DNA from: Octopus sinensis
Lineage: Eukaryota
Assembly: GCF_006345805.1 (NCBI RefSeq)
Contig: NC_043009.1
Coordinates: 43,214,001-43,278,000, forward strand
DNA: 64,000 nucleotides
Direction of reading: 5' to 3'
Of the stretch, positions 12,475 through 24,144 are shown one piece after another. Within the stretch, counting starts at the first letter, position 1. Each line of letters opens with the position of its first letter. The notes beneath the pieces are model-generated. The model worked only from the letters and a program-made list of their open reading frames with translations, searched no databases and was not told where the DNA came from. The translations under genes and the position numbers were made by a program.

Positions 12475-12740
12475 CCTGTCTTGCAAGTTACTTGGTGACC
12501 CTGCTATGTGTTGATGCCCCCTAAAATCATCCAGTCCATACTGTAAAGTGGTTGGTGTTCAGAAGGGCATCCAGCTGTAAAAAAAATCATACCAAAACTG
12601 ACCTCACCTGTACTGGTTCCACAAAGGGCATTCAACCATAAAACCAGGCCAAAACAGACAGTGAAGCATGGTGCAGTTCTCTGCTTAGCCAGCTCCTACC
12701 AAACCTTCCAACCCATGCCAGCATGGAAGGTGGACGTTAA

Positions 12741-12775
<35 letters not shown>

Positions 12776-12776
12776 A
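12475..12776 (+). mobile_element. RTE-type 3' end with (GAT)n tail
   Basis: AACCCATGCCAGCATGGAAGGTGGACGTTAAAG(GAT)n matches the RTE 3' end at 34823. Confidence 0.75.
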
Positions 12777-13094
12777 TCATTGTATCAACCAGACTATCAA
12801 GTACTGTCATACATCACTGGTCATAATACACTTCCAATTCTTTCTTGATTGTGTCATTCTTTCCCATCTTGTCCCAAATTGCTTAACTAAATCACCTGCC
12901 CCTGTTGTAGTGGCCTTCCAAGTGGCCTTTTCTGATCTCTTGGATACCACTCAGCAACTGCATGGGTCCATCTTCTATGCTGACACGGGATGGATGATTC
13001 AACGGTTGCCAATGAGCTAAGAAGATTTTAATGAAAACCAATGTCTGCTTTAGAATCGTTTCTACAGCTGGATATTATTCCAACGTTTTCAATG

Positions 13095-13300
13095 CTTGCA
13101 TTCTTTAGATGGTTTCCTCTTCCACAGTACCAAGCCATATGTTATTTTTTGTCATCTCTTCCATGAGGTTCAGCTTCCAGAGATCAGCTTTCACCACTTT
13201 TCCCCATGTCTTCCCCAGGTTTCTCCTTCCAAACAAGTTCCTCCCAATTGGGTCTTGTTGCATTTCACTATCCAACAGTTATCATCTTTACACACTACAT
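13095..13300 (-). mobile_element. Degraded RTE RT C-terminal fragment
   Basis: Minus-strand translation ..LGKTWGKVVKADLWKLNLMEEMTK.. parallels 49480-49550 and 35600-35660. Confidence 0.6.
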
Positions 13301-13346
13301 ACCTTTATTAATAGTCTCCTTCTATCTCTCTATGCCTTTTTAACAT

Positions 13347-13640
13347 GCGGAGGCACAATGGCCCAGTGTTTAGGGTAGTGGAATCGCGGTTTCAATTCCC
13401 AGACCGGGTGTTGCATGTGTTTATTGAGTGAAAACACCTAAAGCTCCACTAGGCTCCAGCAGAGGGTGCTGGCAACTCCTGTTGTACTCTTTCACTCCAA
13501 CTTTCTCTCACTCTTTCTTCCTGTTTCTTGAGTAATGCTGTGATGGACTGGCATCCCATCCAGCTGGGGGGAACACATACACCATAGAAACCAGGAAATT
13601 GGGCCCATGAACCTGGCTAGACTTGAAAAGGGTGCATAAA
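13347..13640 (+). mobile_element. Chimeric SINE (body E + tail 1)
   Basis: 5' part aligns with the reverse complement of 47400-47601; 3' part aligns with 11295-11400. Confidence 0.8.
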
Positions 13641-13924
13641 AATTTAAAAAAAACAAGCCAACATAGAATAGAGTGTAAACATTTAAACCCCATCATTACT
13701 TCCCCAAATCCTGCTGTACTTCACATGCAATTTTTGCTCCTCCAAAGTTGTCATGGTATGTAAGTTGACCTACTTACTTTTGGCAGTAAATTTTAGCCTG
13801 AAAAATTTGACTTGATTTATATATCAGAAAATAGGGTGTTATTGTTTAGCCTCAGGTCAGCCTATCTTCAAAGGTAGTCTTATTATGACCATTATTTTGA
13901 GCAATACATATAATCTGTGGACGT

Positions 13925-14175
13925 ACATGGCTTAATGGTTAGGGTGTTGGACTTATGACCTCACCTGTACTGGTGTTGGCTTAATGGTTAGGGTGTTGGA
14001 CTGTGGTTTCAATTCCTGGACTGGGCGATGATATATTGTGTTCTTCACCAAAACACTTCAGTTCACACTGCTCCAGTCTGCTCAACTGGTACAAACGAGT
14101 AGTCCTACAATGGACCTGCATGCTATCCAAGGAAGACTATAATTACCAGAAAAACTGGAAAACCAGCCCTATGCT
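13925..14175 (+). mobile_element. Degenerate family D SINE with a duplicated 25-bp head
   Basis: GGCTTAATGGTTAGGGTGTTGGACT occurs twice; body aligns with 11200-11290. Confidence 0.65.
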
Positions 14176-14583
14176 TCTTAAGGAGTGATATGGACTAGTC
14201 CCTGCCCCTATTTAATCTGTTGCCAAGTTCAACATCACAAGTTGACGCTTGGGTGTCTTTAGGGTGGTCCATTTAGTTACAAGCATGAAGTTGCAAGGTG
14301 AAGTCTCTGGGCACAAGGCCAGCAATTTTGAGGAGGGGGACTAATCAATTACACCCCCCACCCCCACCCCCCACACACAGTACTCAGTTGGTACTTATTC
14401 TATCAACTCTGAAAGGATGAAAGGCAAAGTTGATCCTGGTGGAATTGGAACTCAGAACCTTGAAGTTGAAAGACATGCTAGAAATATTGGTTTCAAATTT
14501 TGGCACAAGACCAGTAATTTCAGGGGAGGGGAATTAAATCAATTGCATCAACCCCAGTATGCGACTGGTATTTATTTTATGAA

Positions 14584-14814
14584 GGCGGTGAGCTGGCAGA
14601 AACATTAGCACGCCAGGCGAAATGCATAGCCGTATTTCGTCTGTCATTACGTTGTGAGCTCAAATTCCGCCGAGGTCGACTTTGCCTTTCATCCTTTCAG
14701 GGTCGATAAATTAGGTACCAGTTACGCACTGGGGTCGATGTAATCGACTTAATACCTATGTCTGTCTTTGTTTTTCCCGTCTATGTTTAGCCCCTTGTGG
14801 GTAATAAAGAAATA
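14584..14814 (+). mobile_element. SINE family B with a perfect 17-bp target-site duplication
   Basis: GGTATTTATTTTATGAA at 14567-14583 and 14815-14831. Confidence 0.92.
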
Positions 14815-15009
14815 GGTATTTATTTTATGAAACCTCAAAAGGATGAAAAGTAAAAATGACCTCAGTGGAATTTTAACTCAGGACATAAAGACGGACAAAA
14901 AGTCTCTGAGCATTTTGTCCTGGATGCTACCAATTCTTCCAACTCACTGCTAGAAATATCGGTTTCATATTTAGGCACAAGGCATTCAGATTTGAGAGAG
15001 GGTCTAAGA

Positions 15010-15234
15010 CAGGGGTGGGCAAACTACGGCCCGTGGGCTGCATGCGGCCCGCCATAGGTTTTCATGCAGCCCGCCGAGAGCTTTTATGAATCCCAACTTC
15101 TATGCAGATACTTCGTAACTGTTTCAGTTGTACAGTAATTCACAATATTTTCACTTGATTTTTATAAATGAGGCCCGCCAAGGTTCCAAAGACACACTGT
15201 GCGGCCCGCAATCAAAAAAGTTTGCCCACCCCTG
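15010..15234. mobile_element. hAT (Charlie-type) MITE, 225 bp
   Basis: Perfect 16-bp TIRs CAGGGGTGGGCAAACT / AGTTTGCCCACCCCTG; perfect 8-bp TSD GTCTAAGA (15002-15009, 15235-15242). Confidence 0.95.
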
Positions 15235-15459
15235 GTCTAAGAGGATTACATTGACTCCAGGGTCCAGCTGGTACAAATTTTTCAACCCCCGAAAGAATCA
15301 TGTGTGATAATGTTGTAATGATGTAGTAATGGTGCGCCACAGGGATGTTGTAAGGATGTGGTAATGATGTCATAGAGATTTCAGGAATGATGTGGGAATG
15401 ATTTGCACTTGTTTGGAAATAATGGATGGAATGATTGCGGATTGTTCTTGTTGTTGCAA

Positions 15460-15496
15460 CAGCAACAACAACAACAACAAAGACGACGATGACGAC

Positions 15497-15563
<67 letters not shown>

Positions 15564-15570
15564 GTGGTGG

Positions 15571-15614
<44 letters not shown>

Positions 15615-15621
15615 GTGATGG

Positions 15622-15655
<34 letters not shown>

Positions 15656-15980
15656 AATAATAATAAGACAAAATGGCTGTGACCACCATGTACAGCAGCA
15701 GCAGTAGCAGCATCAGCAACAGCAGCTACAAGGAAAACAACTACAAGAATAACAGCAAGAGCAACTGCAAAAATAATAATAACAAAAGTAACAATAAAAA
15801 CATAATAGCTGCAACAACAACAGCAACAACAGCAACAGCAACACAACAGGTTACAGTAGCTACTACAATAATAATGACTCTGAAACTATAATAACAACTA
15901 CAACAACAACGACAATTACAGTAATAACTACAGCAATGTCACAACAACAATCACAACAAGGAAAAGCATAACAACAACAG

Positions 15981-16014
<34 letters not shown>

Positions 16015-16452
16015 GGCCACAACAATCAGCTAAGCAGAGATTGTATATTTGAACAATAGAAGCAACAAGCCACATTGAGATAAGATTGAAATCAAATGAA
16101 ACAGTGAAAGAGGAGAGGAAGAAATAAGAAGGAGAGGAAGAAGAGCAGAGAAATGGGGAGATAGAGAGGGGTGAGGTGAAGGGGAAGACGGGAGAGGGGG
16201 GAAAAAGGGACAGAAGAAGAAGATGAAGAAGAAGAAGACAAAAAAAAGAGTGAAAGAAGGACAAGGAATGGTCTAAGTCAATTGAATAGTAGTGTGAACA
16301 ATTGGTGTGTTATTGAATGACAATGGAATATTGATTGTGGTTGCGGGGGAGGGGTGGGAATGGATGATTTGGATAAAGATAGAGGGATAGATAGACAGAC
16401 AGACAGACAGATAGGTAGATATATAGACAGACAGATAGATAGACAGATAGAG

Positions 16453-16519
<67 letters not shown>

Positions 16520-16544
16520 CAGAGAGATAGATATATAGACAGAG

Positions 16545-16585
<41 letters not shown>

Positions 16586-17535
16586 TATAAATAGATAGAT
16601 AGATAGATAGATATATAAATAGATAGATAGATAGATAGATCGATAGATAGATAATAGATAGATAGATAGAAATAGCTAGATAATGATACAGATACAATCA
16701 TACAATCATCTATAGACATATATATATATATATATATTATAATATATATATTATTTATAGTTGTGTGGTGTGTGTGTGTGTGTATGTATGTATATATGTA
16801 TATATATACATCACACACATGTTATGTATATATACATCTCTCTCTCACTCTTTATACATACATATATATATGTATGTATACATGCTTCTATATGTATAAT
16901 ATACATATGCATGTATAAGTATATTTATATGTATATTGTGTGTGAGTGTGTGTGTGTGTGCGTGCGTGTGCGTGTGTGTTTGTGTGTGTGTGCATGTTAT
17001 GTATGATATTCATATTTATATACACAGAAAGAGGGGTGTGAGAGCAAAAGAGCGAGAGAGAAGGGAGAGAGAGAGAAAGATAGTGTTACAGAAGATGAAG
17101 GACAGAGAGAAAGGGATGACGCAAGTGGGAAACCATCATAGATGAGATGTGTGGGTGTATGGGGGGGGTATGCGCAACATGGAAGAGTTGGAAGAAGAAG
17201 AAGAAGAAGAAGAAGGAGAAGGAGAAGAAGAAGAAGAAGAAGAAGAAGAAAAAGAAGAAGAAAGGGAAGAAGAAGAAGGAGGAGGAGGAGGAAGTGGAGA
17301 AGAAGAAGAAAGGGAAGAAGAAGTAGAAGTAGAAGGAAGAGGAGGAGGAGGAGGAAGTGGAGAAGAAGAAGAAGAAGGAAGAGGAGGAGGAGGAGGAGGA
17401 GGAGAAGAAGAAGAAAAAGAAGAAGAAGAAGAAGAAGAAGAAGAAGAAGGAGAAGAAAAAGAAGAAGAAGAAGAAGAAGAAAAAGAAGAAGAAGAAAAAG
17501 AAGAAGAAGAAGAAGAAGAAGAAGAAGAAAAAGAA
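15460..17535. repeat. Microsatellite field: (AAT)n, (GAT)n, (AAC)n, (GATA)n, (TG)n, (GAA/GGA)n
   Basis: Read directly. Confidence 0.9.
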
Positions 17536-18800
17536 ATGAGAGGGCTTGAAAGGAGAATTGAGAAGGTGAAATGTAAAGGAGAGAAAAGGAAAAGAGGGAG
17601 GGAAGTAAGAGACATGATTGGTGCTGCTGGGAACAATCATATATCTGATAGATAAAGGGGAGGGAAGGTTTAGCAGGGACCCTAGCTATCGTAACTACTA
17701 ACCCCTATTATCTGCAATTATCTAAGCTGACCCCCCATACGCCTTCAGCTCAACCAAACTCCCCACGCCCCCCTTACACTTAAACAAAGAAATTTCTGAA
17801 ACAAGAATAATTGAAAATATAGATTTTCTTTGATTCAGGAGAGTGATAGATTTTATATGAGAAGATTTTATAGTTGGTCGGCTTAACACCAGTTAATTAC
17901 AGATATGAAAGTGTGTGGTAGTAGAGATACGAGTGTTCCACTCCTGATCATTTGATTGCAGGTTCAATTCTCAAGGAAGAAAATGCATAGTGTGCTTGAG
18001 CAAGGCTCTTCATTTACTGTTACTTTAAACTGCACTCAGTAACTAAATGAATAGCAATGGCAGCTTCTCCTCCTCCTCCTCCTCATCATCATCATCATCA
18101 TCATCATCATCACCATCCTCATCCTCATCCTCCCCTCCTCATCCTCCTCCTCATCATCATCATCCTCCTCCTTCTTCTTCTTCTTCTTCTTCTTCTTCTT
18201 CAGTTAATCTTCTGACAGACTGGTGTTTCATTGAGAAGGAAGTCGTGAAATCTCAAATACTTAAATGCTCTGGGAAATTATGATAAGTTTTGGTTTAAGG
18301 GATCCATAGGTTTGAGAACCAACCACTCTTATTGGCAGGACGTTTGCCTAATTGAATTTTTAGAGTGTCAAAAGTGTCCTCCTTCTGGGTGGGTAGGAGA
18401 TACTTTTGATACCCTGGGATACTTTTGATACATCAGGTTTCTTTTACAAACATTACTCATACAATGAAAGCAACATCACATCACACATTCACTTGATCAT
18501 GATCAGTGCTCAGTAAGAACCCTCAAAATTGCTTCAATTGTAGGGTCTGATTTTCCCCCAAGGATCCCTTTTGGCAAAGGTATATCTTTTTCGTAGCAAG
18601 GATTTCATCCCAATGATTGACATTTCACTTCAGAACCAAATACTTCATTCCCCCACCCCATCTACAAACCTACAATTATTGATATGCAACAAAACTCAGG
18701 TGAGGTTCACTGCAGAGTATTGTCCCCACATCTGGAACTGTACTGATGTTGTACACACGGGCATCTGGAAAAGGGGTTACCCAACAGATTGGTATAAAGT

Positions 18801-19260
18801 CACTCTCAGACAGACTCCAGCCTCTGGCTCACAAGTAGGCTATCTCCTCACTCTGCCGTTTCTACTGATACTTTAATGGCCTCTGCTCTTTGAGGTATCG
18901 ACAGGTACTCTCAGACACATTCCAGCCTCTGACCCACAGGTATGCTGTCTCATCTTTCTGCTTTTTCTACTATCACTATAATGGTCTCGGCTCCTTAAAG
19001 ATGGCAGAGCTCATTCCATAAAGTTACTTCCAGACATACTCCAGTCTCTAGACTGAAGGTACACTGTCTCCTCTCTCTACCTTTTCCACTACTACTATAA
19101 TAGCCTCTGCTCTTTGGAGCTGACAGGGACTAGTCATTAACAGATACTCACAGATGCACTCCAGCCTCTGACCAACACACATGCTCTCCTCACTCTCTCC
19201 CTTCTCTATCACTACTATAGTGACCTCTACTCCCTGGAGCTAGCAGAGCTTATTCTACAA
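18801..19260. repeat. Degenerate tandem repeat, four units of 105-120 bp
   Basis: TCCAGCCTCTG-like anchor at 18816, 18921, 19040 and 19160, with shared CTACT..CTATAAT.GCCTCTGCTC blocks. Confidence 0.75.
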
Positions 19261-20182
19261 CTCATTTCCCCTCCATTCAGGCTTCCTCACCCCACCTTGT
19301 TTCTCCTCATCCCATCACTTTTGCTGTGTCCACCCATTTTAGGCTCCTCCTTGATCACTTCAACTAGTTCTTCTTTCCTGGAACATAGACTCTTTGGAAT
19401 TCCTTCCATGCTAATATCTTTCTTGCAAATGTTGACTTACAAATTTTCAAGAGGAACATTAAAGCCATCAATGTCACCATTTAGGAGGGCCTGCAAGCAC
19501 TAGCATAGCTAGGTGATGTGTGGCAGGGGTGGTCCACCCTGGGCAGCATGTTTAAAGGGGTGACACTTTTGGGTCTGCTTTAAGCAATATGAGTTTTATG
19601 TGGGGTTCAGGGGCGGCAAGCAGAAGGTCCACCCCGGAAGGCACACACTCTAGCCTGCAAGTGCTTTGAGTCCTGTCCCTTTGTCCAGAACCAGCAAGTA
19701 GATCAGAAAAATACCTTGCACCAGATCTTTGCATTTGTATATCCCATCAAAGGATTGACCATTCTACCAGTGTTTTACTGGCATTGTGTCCAATCAGCAT
19801 GTCAAACCAAAACCTTGTAGTGCTTGTTTCAGGTCTTTTCATTTTGTCTCTTTAAAGGAAGAATATAAAACTAGATTTTCTACAACTTAACAAAGATAGA
19901 TTTTGTATAATGGATTTTCTAAGCAATAAAATTGATCCTGGTGTATTACTGGTATGGTGTTCAATCAGTAGAACTATTAGATTATCAACCTCATACCTTG
20001 TGGTATTATTTAAGTCCTTTTTTATGCTACATCCCTTCAAAGGAAGCATATAAAACTAGAATTTCTTTGCTTTGACATAAAGACAGATTGTGTATGAAAC
20101 ATTCTACAGACATCGGAGTGTTAAACCTTGTGGGAGTTATTTCTGCCCTTTGCATTCTTTGTTCAAATCCTGCCAAGTTTAA

Positions 20183-21940
20183 CTTGGAAGATGCCTCTCC
20201 TGATTTCTTCTGTCCCTAAACTTCTTCTGTGTGCTGTCAGGTCCATCCTTCAATTCACCATAATTTTTCCAAGCAATCTCTCAACGTTTGATGCAATACC
20301 AAATAGGTTCATACATTCCATTATCCAAGAGTGTGAGATCATATCAAATGCCTTATGGTAGTTGATCCATGGCATGGCTAAGTTAATTTTCCTCCTCTTG
20401 CAGTCTCTAAGTACAGTTTTGTCTATCAGGAGTTGATCCTTGGTACCTTGCAACCCTTCTGCTCATGTGGCAGGACTACATTTTTTTCCAGATGTTCGTA
20501 CATTGACTCTGTGAGTATTCCAGTCAATAATTCCCACAAAAGTGGCAAACAGGATATCAGCCTGTAACTGTCAACCGTATTGCCTTTTTCAATGTTTTTC
20601 AAGCACAGCACTGTCCTACCCATTGTCAACCACTCTGGTGTTCCTTGGTCAGCATTTAACAAGGTGTTGATTTGTGCAGCTATTCGTGCATGGCATTCAC
20701 CAAATCTTTTGATCCAGTAGCCTTGACATCTATTTGGTCCCTGGGCTTTCAAGTTGCCCATTTTTTTGCCAATTTTCTTCACTTCCCTAACTGAAATGAC
20801 TAGTTCTACCTGTTTTGGACAGACTATTGCTTGTTTCAGTTCTTGAAACCATTCAGCCTCCTCCTTGTTCTCCTTGTCTTTGCTCCAGATGTCACTCAAA
20901 AACCTTTGACTTTCATTGTTATCTGGTATCAGCTTTTCATCTGTACACTCTCCATTTATTTCTTCATAGAATCTCTTTTGATCTACTCTGAATTACCTAT
21001 TCTGGTGGTATCTCTTCATTCTTTGGTCATATCTTACCATCTTTGCATTCTTTGCAACAAGACGTTGTTTCAGTTCCTCCATTATCACTTTCAGGCCCTT
21101 TCTTTCAATATTATACTTCCTTTTCAGTACCCTGTATTTTTGTTTGCTTTTAAGCTCCCCTTTATCTTTGGAGACTAACACAGAAATTTCCTTCAAGAGC
21201 ATGTCTAACCCTGCCTGTATTCTTCTTTTCCTCCATGGGTCTTTTCTTTTGTCGCTCCCATTATGTTTATTTTTTGTGACATCAGCACCCACGTTTTCTG
21301 CTACAACAATACTTTCTGCATTGATAAAATTATTTGTTTCTCTGATCTTGTTTGTTCTGATGCATTTCAGAATTTCATTGACACTTTTAGTTTCTTGGTT
21401 CAGCTTCTACCAATCAACCTTTTTAAGGTTGCAAATAATGTCGCTATCGTTCTCCTGTAGTTTTGCCTTTATTATGTCATAGATTGCCTTTTGTTCATCT
21501 GTCATGTTGCCATTAGTTTTATTGTCTTCATTTAGATCATCTATATGTCTCTCATCAAGTAAACTACCACTGCTCCTTTCCTGTGCTATGAGATTACTTT
21601 TATTAGTAAAAACTATATTTTCATCATTATTTTTGCTGCTGTTTTCCATGACCCGTCTTTTGATAGCTTCTGTGAACCAACGAATTTTTTTTATTGCTCT
21701 AGCTCGATCACATAGTCTCTGTTCCATAAGTTGAAACAATCCCTTTTCCTTCCAGTGATCATACATACATTGTTGGTAACCCCTAATTTGAGTACCATTT
21801 TCATCTACTGAGTTGCTCAGGTAGTAACACTCCATGACCACAGCATAAATCATCTGCGCTGTGTGTAGTGGTCCCTTTCTGGATATCAACAGGTTGGAGC
21901 CAGACCGGATCTCTAAACCTACCGAGTGCAACACTGTCAC

Positions 21941-21943
<3 letters not shown>
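20183..21943 (-). mobile_element. R4-clade non-LTR retrotransposon, family 2; frameshifted and broken off at RRGIFQ
   Basis: N-terminal GYQQCMYDHWKEKG..MEQRLCDRARAI, then [59 protein letters not shown] (~20186-20212). The 5' end abuts (ATT)n at 21942-21983. Confidence 0.9.
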
Positions 21944-21982
<39 letters not shown>

Positions 21983-21983
<1 letters not shown>

Positions 21984-22532
21984 GAGTGAGAGAGCAGTGC
22001 ATGCCATCAAAGTGACACTGGGGTAAAATATACGAAGCCCAATATACCCATCATGACTACCTGTCTGATAAAGGTACACCAGGCACATGCATCACAACCA
22101 TATGTGCGCGACATGGTGATCTCATATCAAGATAAACAGCACATGACCTTGCAGGTGGGGCCCAGTTAGAATTTTCTTCAGGTTGAGTAGCCCATCCCGC
22201 TCAAAGGTCCCTGAATAAGGGTTGTTTAAGGATGTTGAAAGAACCACCCATGTTTCCAGAGGTGAATTATTCAAACCCCAAAGAATCCCTCTCAACACAT
22301 GGCTATGATGCTCCCCCACTACTTCTGCTCGTGATCAGAGATGCACATATCGTCAGCCACTAAGGGACATGCTCAACTGGTTAAGGTCAAACAACTGATA
22401 AGCAAATCTGTGGTATTGAGCAGAATATTTGCTGTAGCCCATCTTTTATACCAAGACAAAACAATGTACATGATAACACTTCCAATCAGTTAAGATCAGA
22501 AGCCATGAGAGCCACTGCCTGGTACTGCATCA
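21983..22532. mobile_element. 550-bp non-coding element embedded in (TAA)n; class unresolved
   Basis: Complex, higher-GC sequence bounded by TTA repeats on both sides; TG...CA ends; minus-strand TATAAAAG at 22443-22450; no significant ORF. Confidence 0.55.
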
Positions 22533-22555
22533 GTATTATTATCATTATTATTATT

Positions 22556-22767
22556 GTGGTGAGTTGGCAGACTCATTTGCATGCTGGACAAAATACTTGG
22601 TGGTATTTCGTTTGTCTTTACATTCTAAGTTCAAATTCTGCCGAGATTCACTTTGCCTTTCATTCTTTCAGAGTCTACAAAATAAATACCAGTTGAGCAC
22701 TGGGATCAGTGCAATTGACTTTTTGTACTCCCTCGAAATTGCTGGCGTTGTGCCAAAATTTGAAATC
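22556..22767 (+). mobile_element. SINE family C (B-like head and centre, different tail)
   Basis: GGTGAGTTGGCAG..AAGTTCAAATTCTGCCGAG..CTTTGCCTTTCAT aligns with family B; tail GCTGGCGTTGTGCCAAAATTTGAAA. Confidence 0.7.
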
Positions 22768-23159
22768 GTTCTTTGTTTAAGTTGAGGGTGACCCCCACCC
22801 CTTCCTTGTCTTGGGAATATCAGGAATCTAGAAAGACTTTGGAAACAATTCCGGAAAAAATCAATGTCGTATCTGTATTTTGACGGCAGAAAATTAGTGA
22901 GGACAAAACCCGTTCTAAAACAGGGAATAAATTGGTTTACTGTGACAAAAAGGAAAAGTTTAACATTTTGGGTAGAATTCTTCATTGAAGAGAAGACATA
23001 CGGAGAGGGAGAGAGAGAGAGAGAGAGAGAGGGGGAGAGAGAGATGTTTTCTGATGGAATTTTGGTGCTATACCGTTTGTGCCAGAAGCTGAAGATAATA
23101 GCAATTATTAAGCTATATATCTGCGTGTCTCCATAGTCATCTCTTGTAGAACCATCATC

Positions 23160-24099
23160 CACAAGCTCTTACCAACATCGCCGCCGCCACCAGCAAGCAG
23201 CACCACCACCACTATTGCCGCCAGCACCACCGTCACCACTGCCATCCATCAGCAATCTTTTACAGGCATGGCACTATGACATTCCATTGGACAGCTAGCC
23301 ATACCATCCCCTTCTCTTTCTCTCTCTTTCTCTCTCTCTCTGTTCTTCTGCTTTTGTGTTTCTTTGTAAGACATGTTGGCATTGTTATAATGGTGGTGGG
23401 TGGGTGGGTGGTTGGGGAAGAAGGTGGCTGTGGCGGTGTGGAAAGGGGGGGGGGGTGGATGAGATTGTCATTTTTTTCCCTTTTAACCGCTGCCTGTACA
23501 TACCATGACCACCAAAATCATCGCTATTACTACCATCATAAAAAACAAACAAAACACACACCACCATCATCACCACTCCCATCACTGCCACCACCACCAC
23601 TACAACCACCACCACCATCACTACCACCACCACCACCACCACCACCACCACCATCATAGGTGTTGACATCATCACAACTAAAACGGCCAAACAACCATTA
23701 CCACAACAACCACCACAGCTCAATATCATCACCATCACCATCACCACTTTCATCGCTGCAACCCATACCAGCAGTACTACCACCAACTCCACCACCACTT
23801 CCACAACCGCCATGACCGTCATCACCAATACTACCGTCACTACTCTTACCACCACTCACACTATTACCTCCAACATCATCATCACCACAACAACCAACAC
23901 CAGCACTACAACCACAACCAATACAATGAACAATGCTACAACAACCAACACCACAATCACTACAACCAGCACCACCATCAACATTACCACCCTCACCCTG
24001 TTACCACTACTACTATTACTACCACTACTACTGCTACTATTACTACTATTACTACTACTGCTTCTACTAGTGTTAATACTGCTGCTACTACTACTGCAG

Positions 24100-24144
<45 letters not shown>

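Larger units (their letters stand above)
14305..15300 (-). mobile_element. Cluster of three degenerate family C SINE fragments hosting younger insertions
   Basis: GGCACAAG..CAG/..ACCCCAG..CTGGTAC/..AAAGGATGAAA blocks recur at ~14310, ~14500 and ~14975; they match 22600-22767 in reverse. Confidence 0.65.

Noticed and set aside
13720-13840. Possible right end of a second Tc2/pogo element
   Set aside because: Too decayed, and no matching left TIR was found.
17086-17655. Glu-, Arg- or Lys-rich ORFs (also 54394-55398, 56749-57238)
   Set aside because: (GAA/GGA)n and (AAT/GAT)n simple repeats.
18801-19260. CRISPR-like repeat-spacer array (also considered for 26960-27740)
   Set aside because: Units are degenerate tandem copies with no unique spacers, the context is eukaryotic, and there are no cas genes.
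19515-19650. Possible Harbinger-type MITE (GGTCCACCC..GGGGTGACAC words)
   Set aside because: No clear TIR pair or 3-bp TSD could be defined.
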